Part shown: positions 46,401-58,499 of the stretch, one piece after another
How positions within the stretch are numbered: the first letter of the stretch is position 1
Layout: the number at the start of each line of letters is the position of its first letter
Assembly (NCBI GenBank): GCA_002269645.1
Contig: NIVC01000125.1
Span: forward strand, 34,897 to 98,896
DNA length: 64,000 nt
Direction of reading: 5' to 3'
From: Macrostomum lignano
Taxonomy: Eukaryota
Program-made: the position numbers and the translations under genes
Notes under the pieces: generated by a model
Database searches by the model: none
What the model saw: only the letters and a program-made list of their open reading frames with translations
What the model was told of the DNA's origin: nothing

Positions 46401-47687
46401 GATCGCAGATCGCAGATCCCAGATCGCAGATCCCAGATCGCAGATCCCAGATCGCAGATCCCAGATCGCAGATCAAATTATTTTTTTAATTGAGTCAACC
46501 TCCATGCTTTAAAATCCCCAAAAAGGTGTACGCGGACAAGGTTGCCTGCATCTCGGACTACGCATTCCTGCTTAACATTGCCAATAAGAACTGCTCGCAG
46601 GTTTACCTGGCTCAGGACACCTTCAATACGGCCTACAATGGCTTTGTGTTGCCGTACGATGCCTATTATGGAGAGCTGTTTAACTACCAGTGAGGCTCTG
46701 ACTGGCTTATTTTGATTGAAATTTGGGATTGAAGCTGGTGACTAAATATGTAAATAGTGTGTCCCAAATGATCATTGTGTCTACCAAACAAATAGTGTGT
46801 CCCAAATGATCATTGTGTCTACCAAACAAATAGTGTGTCCCAAATGATCATTGTGTCTACCAAACAAATAGTGTGTCCCAAATGATCATTGTGTCTACCA
46901 AACAAATAGTGTGTTTGGTAGACACAATGTCTACCAAATGAGAGTTACAGGTAGACATTGTGTCCCACATGAGAGCTACAGGTAGACATTGTGTCCCACA
47001 TGAGAGCTACAGGTAGACATTGTGTCCCACATGAGAGCTACAGGTAGACATTGTGTCCCACATGAGAGCTACAGGTAGACATTGTGTCCCACATGAGAGC
47101 TACAGGTAGACATTTTGTGCCACATGAGAGCTACAGGTAGACATTGTGTCCCACATGAGAGCTACAGGTAGACATTGTGTCCCACATGAGAGCTACAGGT
47201 AGACATTTTGTGCCACATGAGAGCTACAGGTAGACATTGTGTCCCACATGAGAGCTACAGGTAGACATTGTGTCCCACATGAGAGCTACGGGTAGACATT
47301 GTGTCCCACATGAGAGCTACAGGTAGACATTGTGTCCCACATGAGAGCTACAGGTAGACATTGTGTCCCACATGAGAGCTACAGGTAGACATTGTGTCGC
47401 ACGTGAGAACCGTATCGAAATGAACACTAAAACCCGGCCAAAATTACAGTCTGCAGAAGCTGAAGCAGAGCGGCGTTGTGCAGGGCATCTTCAACAAATA
47501 CTATGGCAACAGCGACTGCGTGAACAGCCTGACCCCTAGCGAAGCCGATTCAATCAACCTGGAGGGCACGGGAGGTGCCATTATTTTGCTGGCCTGCTTC
47601 TACCTGACTGGCATCATCATTCTTATCCTCGAGCTGTTTTGGAGTCGAATTTTAAAGAAGCAACCGCTGGATCTTGTCTGCTATTGA
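40458..47687 (+). CDS. Divergent ionotropic glutamate receptor-family subunit with ATD; exons 40458-40719, 41633-41785, 41873-41986, 42201-42580, 42861-43019, 43289-43543, 44324-44430, 44509-44602, 44919-45336, 46057-46262, 46526-46689, 47450-47687 (849 aa)
   Basis: Signal peptide, S1 (FPPF..GIAKDIYDIL..DGQWG..KRQEVADYSVP), M1, pore SFLQQG, M3 SYTGDLTSALT, S2, M4. Junction phases are consistent (2550 nt). Confidence 0.9.
40835..41485. repeat. Intronic minisatellite, 41/44 bp unit (GAGTAGCTTGGTTTAGTCAGGAGTTGTTTGGCTCATTCGATCGA), about 15 copies
   Basis: Direct repeats in iGluR intron 1. Confidence 0.96.
42605..42830. repeat. Intronic 15 bp repeat (ACTCTGTACATCCCT)
   Basis: Direct repeats in iGluR intron 4. 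Confidence 0.92.
43960..44160 (+). mobile_element. Diverged SINE family 2 copy in iGluR intron 6
   Basis: GGCCAACCCC..GTGTACATGACTAACGAT..TGTACAC..TGTGTGAG..GGGGAGTCGGCGGAATGGGCAG. Confidence 0.65.
44665..44895. repeat. Intronic ~48 bp repeat containing CCAG|ATC acceptor-like copies
   Basis: About 5 units directly upstream of the true acceptor CACCCAG|ATC at 44918/44919. Confidence 0.85.
46365..46475. repeat. (GATCCCA/GATCGCA)n simple repeat
   Basis: 7/14 bp period in iGluR intron 10. Confidence 0.92.
46752..47405. repeat. Compound array: 38 bp unit x4, then a 17-bp hairpin, then 31 bp unit x15
   Basis: Units AATAGTGTGTCCCAAATGATCATTGTGTCTACCAAACA and GGTAGACATTGTGTCCCACATGAGAGCTACA in iGluR intron 11. 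Confidence 0.93.
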
Positions 47688-48139
47688 GAATTTGAGACTT
47701 GCATACCGCTGCACCCCGTGCAAAACCAGAGTGAATATCATTAGCCCTGGTAACTCCAGTAAAAGAAGTTAAGGTCAAATTGCAAAGGAGCTGGTCTTCT
47801 TGCAGCAAGTTTAACATAGAAAGCGCACTTGGCAATGAAACTAAACTCTACTGAATACGAGCGTATTTACTGGGATCCAGTGTGGCGATAAGATTCGTTT
47901 TTAAAGCTTTTTAGCGCATACCACTATGAGTAGTATAGTTATTTTTTTCATCTGAATATCAAAAGCACATTTGATATATATTATATCACTGAAAATGCAA
48001 CTAGGCCGTCACGAAATACAGAATGCCATGCCACTAAAGCTGTTATTTTATGACTAAAATATAAGCACCCAAAATGTCACCAAATATACAAGTTACCCAA
48101 TTTTTATTGCCCAGAAATTCTGGGTTTTTTTAAACACAC

Positions 48140-49435
48140 AACTATAGTCTAACAGATGAGTACAGCTACAGTATAACAGATGAGTACAGCTACAGTATAA
48201 CAGATGAGTACAGCTACAGTATAACAGATGAGTACAGCTAAAGTCTAACAGATGAGTACAGCTATAGTCTAACAGATGAGTACAGCTACAGTCTAACAGA
48301 TGAGTACAGCTACAGTCTAGCAGATGAGTACAGCTATAGTCTAACAGATGAGTACAGCTACAGTCTAACAGATGAGTACAGCTACAGTCTAACAGATGAG
48401 TACAGCTATAGTCTAACAGATGAGTACAGCTATAGTCTAACAGATGAGTACAGCTACAGTCTAACAGATGAGTACAGCTAAAGTCTAACAGATGAGTACA
48501 GCTATAGTCTAACAGATGAGTACAGCTACAGTCTAACAGATGAGTACAGCTACAGTTTAACAGATGAGTACAGCTACAGTATAACAGATGAGTACAGCTA
48601 AAGTCTAACAGATGAGTACAGCTATAGTCTAACAGATGAGTACAGCTATAGTCTAACAGATGAGTACAGCTACAGTCTAACAGATGAGTACAGCTATAGT
48701 CTAACAGATGAGTACAGCTATAGTCTAACAGATGAGTACAGCTATAGTCTAACAGATGAGTACAGCTACAGTCTAACAGATGAGTACAGCTATAGTCTAA
48801 CAGATGAGTACAGCTATAGTCTAACAGATGAGTACAGCTACAGTCTAACAGATGAGTACAGCTACAGTATAACAGATGAGTACAGCTACAGTATAACAGA
48901 TGAGTACAGCTAAAGTCTAACAGATGAGTACAGCTATAGTCTAACAGATGAGTACAGCTACAGTCTAACAGATGAGTACAGCTACAGTCTAGCAGATGAG
49001 TACAGCTATAGTCTAACAGATGAGTACAGCTACAGTCTAACAGATGAGTACAGCTACAGTCTAACAGATGAGTACAGCTATAGTCTAACAGATGAGTACA
49101 GCTATAGTCTAACAGATGAGTACAGCTATAGTCTAACAGATGAGTACAGCTATAGTCTAACAGATGAGTACAGCTATAGTCTAACAGATGAGTACAGCTA
49201 CAGTCTAACAGATGAGTACAGCTAAAGTCTAACAGACGAGTACAGCTATAGTCTAACAGATGAGTACAGCTATAGTCTAACAGATGAGTACAGCTAAAGT
49301 CTAACAGACGAGTACAGCTATAGTCTAACAGATGAGTACAGCTATAGTCTAACAGATGAGTACAGCTACAGTCTAACAGACGAGTACAGCTATAGTCTAA
49401 CAGATGAGTACAGCTATAGTCTAACACGAGTACAG
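48140..49435. repeat. Minisatellite, 24 bp unit (GTCTAACAGATGAGTACAGCTATA), about 54 copies
   Basis: Direct tandem repeats. Confidence 0.97.
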
Positions 49436-50319
49436 CCACTCACTGTTTACACACTGTGTTGTACAATTTATCAGTAGTACAGGATAATAAAAATTCTATA
49501 TTATTAGGCAACCGCAAATTTTGTATGTGCTTACTATCATACCAAGACTACAATTAATTATCCCATAGGTGGGAACGCCAGGAAGTGGCGTCGCGTAGCA
49601 TAGGACAGCTAGTTAGCGGGAACAGACGGAAAGGGAAACAGGAGGGGTTGGGGATTTTATGTTCTGGGCCTGGTTCCGCGCAAGTCCCCCCCCCAGGCCG
49701 TTCAGGCCTTCCATCTGCCGCAGAATGAAAACCATACAGCCAGTCTGAAGCTGCGCGCTCCGCTTTGCACCCCTGCTACGCTGTCTCCCCCTCCCATTCT
49801 CCCCCACTAGCTACAGCTATCCCAAATCAATCCCCCAATGGGGCATCGAGGAGGGGAAGGGCCTCGCCCAATTCCCCTCCCCACAGCTCCCCTGGCGACC
49901 TACCCACTGTAGCAGTTTATAACGACCGCGCGCACTGCCGCTCTGGGCCTCTACTCCTGCCCTCACCCACCCATTCTTCTGTACTGCCGCTGAGCTCCCC
50001 ACGGCAGCTTAAGCCACAGTTACCCGACTAAAGCATTCCATCGCAACCAGTCCTACTACTCATATATAAATAAAAACTCAAAGGAAAAAAGCAAACCCAC
50101 TCTTCCACCGTTGCGAAATTCAACAAAGCAAGTCAAAGGTGAGATTTTACGTGCGGTCTCTTGAGCTCTTTTCTAACTGAATGCAGCGTCCTGCGTCACG
50201 GATGCAGCCGTATTCATCTCGAGAATGGATCAATAGTATCATATTTTTTATTAACTCTTCTCAATAAACTATTGCAGTGATTGGGTCACTTCTTTTTCTT
50301 ATCCTTATTTTTTTCAATG

Positions 50320-51330
50320 CTGGCTAGATTAGCAATCCATTCTATCTCTGCATCCATGATGTTGGCTAGATTAGCAATCCATTCCATTCCTTCATCCTTG
50401 ATGTAGGCAAGATTAGCAATCCATTCCATTCCTGCATCCATGATGTAGGCTAGATTAGCAATCCATTCTATTCCTGCATCCGTGATGTTGGCTAGATTAG
50501 CAATCCATTCTATTCCTGCATCCATGATGTAGGCTAGATTAGCAATCCATTCTATTCCTGTATCCATGATGTAGGCTAGATTAGCAATCCATTCTATTCC
50601 TGCATCCGTGATGTTGGCTAGATTAGCAATCCATTCTATTCCTGCATCCATGGTGTAGGCTAGATTAGCAATCCATTCTATTCCTGAATCCATGATGTTG
50701 GCTAGATTAGCAATCCATTCTATTCCTGCATCCGTGATGTTGGCTAGATTAGCAATCCATTCTATTCCTGCATCCATGGTGTAGGCTAGATTAGCAATCC
50801 ATTCTATTCCTGCATCCGTGATGTTGGCTAGATTAGCAATCCATTCTATTCCTGCATCCATGGTGTAGGCTAGATTAGCAATCCATTCTATTCCTGCATC
50901 CGTGATGTTGGCTAGATTAGCAATCCATTCTATTCCTGCATCCATGGTGTAGGCTAGATTAGCAATCCATTCTATTCCTGAATCCATGATGTTGGCTAGA
51001 TTAGCAATCCATTCTATTCCTGCATCCATGATGTAGGCTAGATTAGCAATCCATTCTATTCCTGCATCCATGATGTAGGCTAGATTAGCAATCCATTCCA
51101 TTCCTTCATCCATGATGTAGGCTAGATTAGCAATCTATTCTATTCCTGCATCCATGATGTAGGCTAGATTAGCAATCCATTCTATTCCTGCATCCATGAT
51201 GTAGGCTAGATTAGCAATCCATTCCATTCCTTCATCCATGATGTAGGCTAGATTAGCAATCTATTCTATTCCTTCATCCATGATGTAGGCTAGATTAGCA
51301 ATCTATTCTATTCCTGCATCCATGATGTAG
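50320..51330 (+). repeat. Minisatellite, 42 bp unit (GATGTAGGCTAGATTAGCAATCCATTCTATTCCTGCATCCAT), about 24 copies
   Basis: Direct repeats; shares core AGATTAGCAATCCATTCT with the 37-bp array. Confidence 0.97.
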
Positions 51331-51814
51331 GCATCAGTTCCCTGTGCACAGGAAGTCTCCAGAAAAGCCAGATAGGGGCAGCAGCAGCAGCAGTTATTAT
51401 AATCTGCATGAGTTGTCCCCTAAGAGTGGCAGAGGCGCCAACTCTTTGAAGCGCGTGAAAGTTGTGAGCGACCGTCGACAGTTGAGGCTTGGGCTAAAAG
51501 TGCACGCCAATTTTCTGCACGCAGTTGCTTCCCGGTTTTTCTGCGAAAGAAGGGGGTCCGGGAGACACTTTGCCGCCTTTCTCAATCCGTCATTCTTCAT
51601 CAGATTTCCCATAGGGAGGCTGAACCGCGACGATGGCAGAAAAATTTGGTGCAGCCAGCCTGTTTGATAAATTTAACTGAAAACTGACAGCTGCTAATTG
51701 CCGGCAGACATTTCCACAATTACAGGTTATAAATTGCTGCTGTTTACTTACTCTAAAATCTTGAAATTTCGCAGTTCTTCAAATGATAAATAACAGACTC
51801 GTGAATACACATGA

Positions 51815-52815
51815 ATTTACAGACACAATCACTACAGACAGCTCTATACAGGACACTGAACTTACAGACACAAGCACTACAGACTGCTCTATACAGGACA
51901 CTGAACTTACAGACACAATCACTACAGACAGCTCTATACAGGACACTGAACTTCCAGACACAATCACTACAGACTGCTCTATACAGGACACTGAACTTAC
52001 AGACACAATCACTACAGACTGCTCTATACAGGACACTGAACTTCCAGACACAATCACTACAGACTGCTCTATACAGGACACTGAACTTACAGACACAATC
52101 ACTACAGACTGCTCTATACAGGACACTGAACTTACAGACACAATCACTACAGACTGCTCTATACAGGACACTGAACTTACAGACACAATCACTACAGACA
52201 GCTCTATACAGGACACTGAACTTACAGACACAATCACTACAGACTTCTCTATACAGGACACTGAACTTACAGACACAATCACTACAGACTGCTCTATACA
52301 GGACACTGAACTTCCAGACACAATCACTACAGACTGCTCTATACAGGACACTGAACTTACAGACACAATCACTACAGACTGCTCTATACAGGACACTGAA
52401 CTTACAGACACAAGCACTACAGACAGCTCTATACAGGACACTAAACTTACAGACACAATCACTACAGACTGCTCTATACAGGACACTGAACTTACAGACA
52501 CAATCACTACAGACAGCTCTATACAGGACACTGAACTTACAGACACAATCACTACAGACTGCTCTATACAGGACACTGAACTTACAGACACAAGCACTAC
52601 AGACAGCTCTATACAGGACACTGAACTTCCAGACACAATCACTACAGACTGCTCTATACAGGACACTGAACTTACAGACACAATCACTACAGACTGCTCT
52701 ATACAGGACACTGAACTTACAGACACAAGCACTACAGACAGCTCTATACAGGACACTGAACTTCCAGACACAATCACTACAGACTGCTCTATACAGGACA
52801 CTGAACTTCCAGACA
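51815..52815. repeat. Minisatellite, 45 bp unit (CTGAACTTACAGACACAATCACTACAGACTGCTCTATACAGGACA), about 22 copies
   Basis: Direct tandem repeats. Confidence 0.97.
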
Positions 52816-53304
52816 CAATCAGACACAATTCCAGACACAATTCCAGACACTGAACAGGATACAGGACGCTAAATGCTAGCGAATGGGTCCAAAAAAACTG
52901 GGGAAATTGATCCCACTGCTGCATGCCAGCCTTCGTCCCTCTGTGTAACCATGTGCACTACCGCAGTTTGGTTTGGTACTGCATCGGCCGGTTGTAGGGA
53001 TTAACGATCCTCTTACCCTTCCAGTGTCACTTTCTTCCCCCTTTTTCATCTTCTTTTCTCCTTAAGCGTCCTCTCACTCTCTCCGCTCCCTCCTCTTCAC
53101 TAGCATAGCGAACAGCATACGCTTAACTACAGCGCGCGCAATGCAAGGGGCCGGCAATTCTAGATTGCTTCGTTGACAAGCCAATAAAAGAGGTTCGGAA
53201 GCTGCTAGGGCAGTGATGTTCAGCTAAAGGAGCTGTTAGCGATCCCCCCTTTTCAGGAATGATGGCTTTTTATGGGCAGAGATCCTTAACAGCAGGGCAG
53301 TAGG

Positions 53305-53430
53305 GGGGCATCGTCTCACAGCCAGCACTGACGGCCATTCCGCTGAGTCCTGAGCACACGTACGAGCTACAAGCGCGCCAGTACTGTACGCTGGAACAAG
53401 CTCATACACACGCTCACACAGGGTGTACAT
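53305..53430 (-). mobile_element. SINE family 2 3'-portion fragment
   Basis: CATCGTC..CAGCACTGACGG..CCATTCCGCTGAGTCCTGAGCAC..CGCTCACACAGGGTGTACA. Confidence 0.65.
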
Positions 53431-55774
53431 CGGAGGTTGGTCCTCAGAAAGGGGTGTGAATCGCCCGACAAGTCCGAAATGAATTGTGGCCGTCCACAAG
53501 AAATCGAGCGCCAAGGGGCCGGTCCCACAGTTCGTATTCCATAACTGCATTGCAATTTACAAGCAGCACAGGGCACAGTGAAGTGAAAATCGGGTTATTC
53601 ACTAACCGGGAGGCTCTAGGCTCTTATATTGGCGAGCTTATCGACAAACTGGCGAGTGCTTAAGTGCTTTCTGTCGTCACATCCTGCTGGCCGGGCAGCT
53701 GCAGCAGCTGATTACTGAAGGATTTTCAATCTAGAATAGCAAAAGTGCAAGCGGATAAGCGCGCAGATGATGAGGCTCACCAAGTTTTCTGAGGGCCAGG
53801 AGAGGGGGGGGGTAAGGAAAACTCCGGACACGAGCCGCACCTGTCGCCGCCCCAGCCAATTGCCGTCTCAGTCAGACTTAGTTGCCAGGGGAAATGCTCG
53901 GCTCACAATCGAGACATAGCCAGTCCGCCCCGGGCCTGTCCTCGATATCGCCTCCCATCTGAACTCGAGCCGCAGTATCGCTGTTGCCACGCGCACAATA
54001 TCCATCCCCTTCCCTGTTTTGGCCTATCCGAGACGCACACTCGCTTTCTCGTTTATCTCCGGGTTCGATTCTTTTTGAAAGGCGGCGATGCTTTACCAGA
54101 GAAGCATCGGGGGCAACAGCATTGCTGCTTACTTCTGAGCTGAGACTCGGGATGGGGGGGAGAGTGAAGGGGCCGGGACTGAAAATCAACTTCCAGAACA
54201 GACAGCCGCGAGCTTCTGGGGGGGGGTGAGGAGAGGAGAGGTTGGCAAACATTCAGCAGGATGAGGCAGGCCAGCTTCCTTCCTGGCATCTGCGGCGGCA
54301 TCTTGCTTAGGCTGGCTGCGTAGTAAGATCATCTAGTCTCTAGTCAGGAACTAGAGTCAAATTATAAAGCACTTTGTAAACTCTAGTCTATTATGCTTTC
54401 GAGGCTAAGGGACGAATTCCCGAGGGGAGGGTTGGGGACAATTCAAAGTCTGCGATCGCGTGCGCTCGCACGAGCCTCTCTCCTTTTCTCCCCATTCCTC
54501 ACCCAATTAGACTGAAGTGACGAGGGCTTGGCCATGGAATTCTTAAAACTGTGCAAATCTGTAACGGATTGCAACCGGGCAATTGAGTCCTGGAATCTGA
54601 CGTAGAAACTGGATGGGAAACTAACGGGTGCATTGGAAACTGTGGAGTCTATGGAGATCTGAGTGTAGATTCTGGAGAGGAAACTGCGGGATTTCCATCT
54701 ATGGAGATCTGAGTGTAGATTCTGGAGTGGAAAATTCTAACTAGCTACCAGGGGATTGAGAAAACCGCAGTTTGCAAACTCGAAAAGGCAGATTCCAACC
54801 CAGAGTACACGTCGAGAGGATGCAGAGGCTTCACCTCATCTCTGAATTCCAAAGCTCGGCGATTGAGAAGAGCGCAGCTAGCGTCTCCCCCTTTCTCTCC
54901 CCCCCCCCGATGTTGTTCAAGCTTGATGGAATCTGCTCGCTCCCCGGGACACGACCGGCGATCAATAGTTAATAGATATGGAAAAGATGTATTGGGAAGC
55001 TGCGCACGAAATTGAGGGAAGTGGCTAGCCTGGGCCGCCCAGCCTCCTCTGTATGAATAATAAATTATTGCTGTTTTCGGGAGCAAGCCAAAGAAGCTTC
55101 TGCTGTTCCTATCTCTCTCTCTTGAGCAAAGAATTCCTTGCGCTGGTCAAGAATCGATCCTGCGCATCCCAAAAATATCCCTATAGCTTATATTGCGGAG
55201 TGAGGAGAGAAAAGTGCTCATTATTCGGCAGTAGTTCTCCATGATAAATGATGAGGCACACACCGCAGCAAGCTTCGTGTCTGCTGATCATGCTCCATGC
55301 CCTTAGACTATATTAGAGAAGGAAAAGCAGAAATGTCAACATATGCAGTCTAAATAATTGATACTCGAAATCAAATACTCGGTGCTGAGTCCAGGCAGAC
55401 GAGGGGGTAGGTAGGACCGGGCTGGCGGCAGAATTTAATTAGACATGAGCAGCTTCTGAGTTCTCCCTCCCTTTCTCTCCGTCCCGATGCATCTGCATCA
55501 GTTGCTCGCCTCATCAAACAGATCCCTTACTGAGTCCGATGCGCCAACGGTCGCGTCAACAGCTGAGAGGATCAAAATTAGTTTCTGTGCCGTCCCATTG
55601 GGCCACCAGGCACTACTGTGCACTGAGAAGGCAGACAAAAGCTTTGGTGACTCGAAATGAGATGGTCACGCGGGAATTAATCTGTTTTAGCTGGTGATTC
55701 GGCTGCCTTCTGTGTATGGGGCTGAGGAACTAAACTGCAAACATTCAATGCCTTAAAATAGTATGCGCGTAGAT

Positions 55775-56130
55775 TAGGTTAGCAATCCATTATATTCTTC
55801 ACACCCGTAGGACTTGAGATAAGCAATCCATTCTATTCCTTACATCCGCACGATGTAGATTAGCAATCCATTATATTCTTCACACCCGTAGGACTTGAGA
55901 TAAGCAATCCATTCTATTCCTTACATCCGCACGATGTAGATTAGCAATCCATTATATTCTTCACACCCGTAGGACTTGAGATAAGCAATCCATTCTATTC
56001 CTTACATCCGCACGATGTAGATTAGCAATCCATTCTATTCATTATATCCTCATGATGTAGATTAGCAATCCATTCTATTCCTTACATCCGCATGATGTAG
56101 ATTAACAATCCATTCTATTCCTTATATAGC
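55775..56130 (+). repeat. Minisatellite of alternating ~40/41 bp units (81 bp dimer) with GAT(T/A)AGCAATCCATT core
   Basis: Period of 81 bp; ends about 25 bp upstream of the USP ATG. Confidence 0.92.
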
Positions 56131-56161
56131 AATCCAACGAATAATCCCCGCAGTTGCAGCG

Positions 56162-56842
56162 ATGGCGGAGGCCGCAGCAGCCAGTACCGCCAGCGGCAGC
56201 TCAGACGGCAAGACAGCCCAGGAGCAGGCGGATTATCGCAAGGCCAGCATCACCTCGGAGATGAGCATGCTCAAGCTGGCCGACCAGACCGCGCCTCGCC
56301 GCGTCCTCCTGCCAGTGGACGGCTCGCAGCACAGCGAGCGCGCATTCCACTGGTTCCTAGGCAACCTGTACCGGAACGGCGACATCGCTGTGCTGGCCTT
56401 CGTGCTGGACCCGCCGCAGTACTCGCCGGCTGACGGTCAGAGCGGCTCCTCGTTCGTGCAAGAGGGCAACAAGGCCTACAATGACGGCTTGAAAGAGGCC
56501 AACCGACTCAAAGCGAAGTTCTTCGGCCAGCTGAAACAGCTGGGCTTGCCGGCCTCGGCCGCGCAGTTCCAGGAGCTGATCGGCACGAAACCGGGCGAGA
56601 CTCTGGTGAAATTCATTCACGAGTCCGACATCAACTGCGTAGTGATTGGGTCTCGCGGCCTTGGCAAGATTAAGCGCACATTCCTTGGCTCTGTTAGCGA
56701 CCACTTGCTGCACAACGCCAATTGTCCAGTGATCATCTGTCCGAACAAGAAGGACAAGGACAAGGACAAGGACAAGAAGGACAAGGACAAGGAGAAGAAG
56801 GACAAGGACAAGAAAGATAAGAAGGACAAGGAGAGCGGTTGA
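56162..56842 (+). CDS. Universal stress protein (UspA-like domain) with Lys/Asp-rich tail, coding region intronless
   Basis: RRVLLPVDGSQHSERAFHW and VVIGSRGLGKIKRTFLGSVSDHLLHNANCPVII, including the G-x2-G-x9-G-S nucleotide-binding motif. Confidence 0.93.
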   Translation: MAEAAAASTASGSSDGKTAQEQADYRKASITSEMSMLKLADQTAPRRVLLPVDGSQHSERAFHWFLGNLYRNGDIAVLAFVLDPPQYSPADGQSGSSFVQEGNKAYNDGLKEANRLKAKFFGQLKQLGLPASAAQFQELIGTKPGETLVKFIHESDINCVVIGSRGLGKIKRTFLGSVSDHLLHNANCPVIICPNKKDKDKDKDKKDKDKEKKDKDKKDKKDKESG

Positions 56843-57459
56843 GAGCAGGGACAAATGGCTAGGGACTATATTCTAATGATAATATTTGATTAAATTGATA
56901 CTGAACTGACCTGATATCATATCCACCCTCCGTTAATGGCTCGCTTGACCAAATCTCGCAGACAAAATTTACGATTATTTTGCTTGCCGAACAGCAAACA
57001 AATAAAATTCAGCACCATGAAACCAAGCGGTACTTCACTGGAAATCATGCAGCAGAGAGGCAGAACTGCTTAACGAAGCTTACACCAAGTTTATAAACTT
57101 TTACTGCAGAGATACAATTGTACAGAGCTCGTGAAAGCGCTGCAGTCTCGTTAAGAACACTACAACAGCTATAGGTAGGTCATTTTATCTTTCCTCTTTT
57201 TTGAAACAGCTTTACCCCAAGATAATTGTGCTAGTCAATACTGCCTAGGCAAATAATGTTGCTTTTTGTGTAACAAACTGAATGTACTTTGGAATAAAGT
57301 CTGTTTCCGCTTGCGGCACCTTGGAAAACAAGGTCTGCTTTACTCTCTCTTTCTGACATTCAATGCTGCATCAGCTGCGCGCAGAGACTCGTCGTTCCAA
57401 GTTACACCAACATTGCATTTGCCTCTTTTAAAGATATCTGTTATTTATGCTCGTATTAT

Positions 57460-57900
57460 CGGAATGTTGCATCCTTAAAGTCTGTGCCAAGATTTTGCAT
57501 CCTCGAAATATCAGTCTCGAAATGTTGCATTCTCAAAATCTCAGACTCGAAATGTTGCATCCTCAAAATCTCAGACTCGAAATGTTGCATCCTCGAAATC
57601 TCAGACTCGAAATGTTGCATCCTCGAAATCTCAGACTCGAAATGTTGCATCCTCAAAATCTGACCTGAGATGTTGCATCCTCAAAATCTGACCTGAGATG
57701 TTGCATTCTCAAAATCTGTCTCGAAATGTTGCATCCTCGAAATCTCAGACTCGAGATGTTGTATCCTCGAAATCTCAGAGTCGAAATGTTGCATCCTCGA
57801 AATCTGAGACTCGAGATGTTGTATCCTCGAAATCTCAGACTCGAGATGTTGTATCCTCAAAATCTCATACTCGAAATGTTGCGACCTCAAATTATTGTGC
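57460..57900. repeat. Minisatellite, 30 bp unit (GAAATGTTGCATCCTCGAAATCTCAGACTC)
   Basis: Degenerate direct repeats. Confidence 0.92.
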
Positions 57901-58499
57901 CAAATTTTGTATTCTCAAAATCTGAGTGACAAAACGCCGGTCTCGAAATTAAGAGAGAAAGTGGATTAGCTATGGACTCCTCATCCGCAAAACCGAATCT
58001 AGCAAGAGAGAAATCCCAACTACCGAGAGCTTCGCTTGGCTGACAAACTGAACTACAAGAATTATATGCAATCAAATTTTACTTTAGCTCAGTGTTAGAT
58101 ATAGATTTACCCGGCCTCAAGAATGGTAGCAAAACACAATTAGCAAGCCGATACAATGGCGCCAAGTTGGCTCGCTGGATTCAATTAGGATAGAAATAAG
58201 CCGGGCGAAAGAAGACAGCAGTGGCGGGAATCGCATGCAAAGCAGGCAGAAAGTTGGCTGGGAGCTGAGCAAACACAAAATGAGAGACTGAGGGCGCAGC
58301 TTCCGTCCAGTCAGTTCCTCATTATCTAAGATTTTCCAAGCCGACGGACTTTTCAAATACCCCTATCAGAGTCGACACGTGGAATGATTGCAGACCGGCG
58401 AGGCGGACGGGTAAAGGGTGCGCTGTTGCCATGGAGATTTCTGGTCAAGCATTTGGATGGCGGAACAAAATGATTTGAGAGTCTAGCCAAAATAGGGGG

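Noticed and set aside
48093-52924. Long ORFs in the 24-, 42- and 45-bp arrays (Cys/His-, Trp- or Thr-rich)
   Set aside because: Unit lengths are multiples of 3 without stops; no unique flanking coding sequence or splice linkage.
53600-55700. GC-moderate unique region with several 60-120 aa ORFs
   Set aside because: No domain signatures or phase-consistent exon chain; may be regulatory or UTR sequence.
56162-56842. USP gene as bacterial contamination or recent horizontal transfer
   Set aside because: Flanked by host minisatellites, has a splice-acceptor-like 5' context and codon style like neighbouring exons; USPs are native to several invertebrate phyla.
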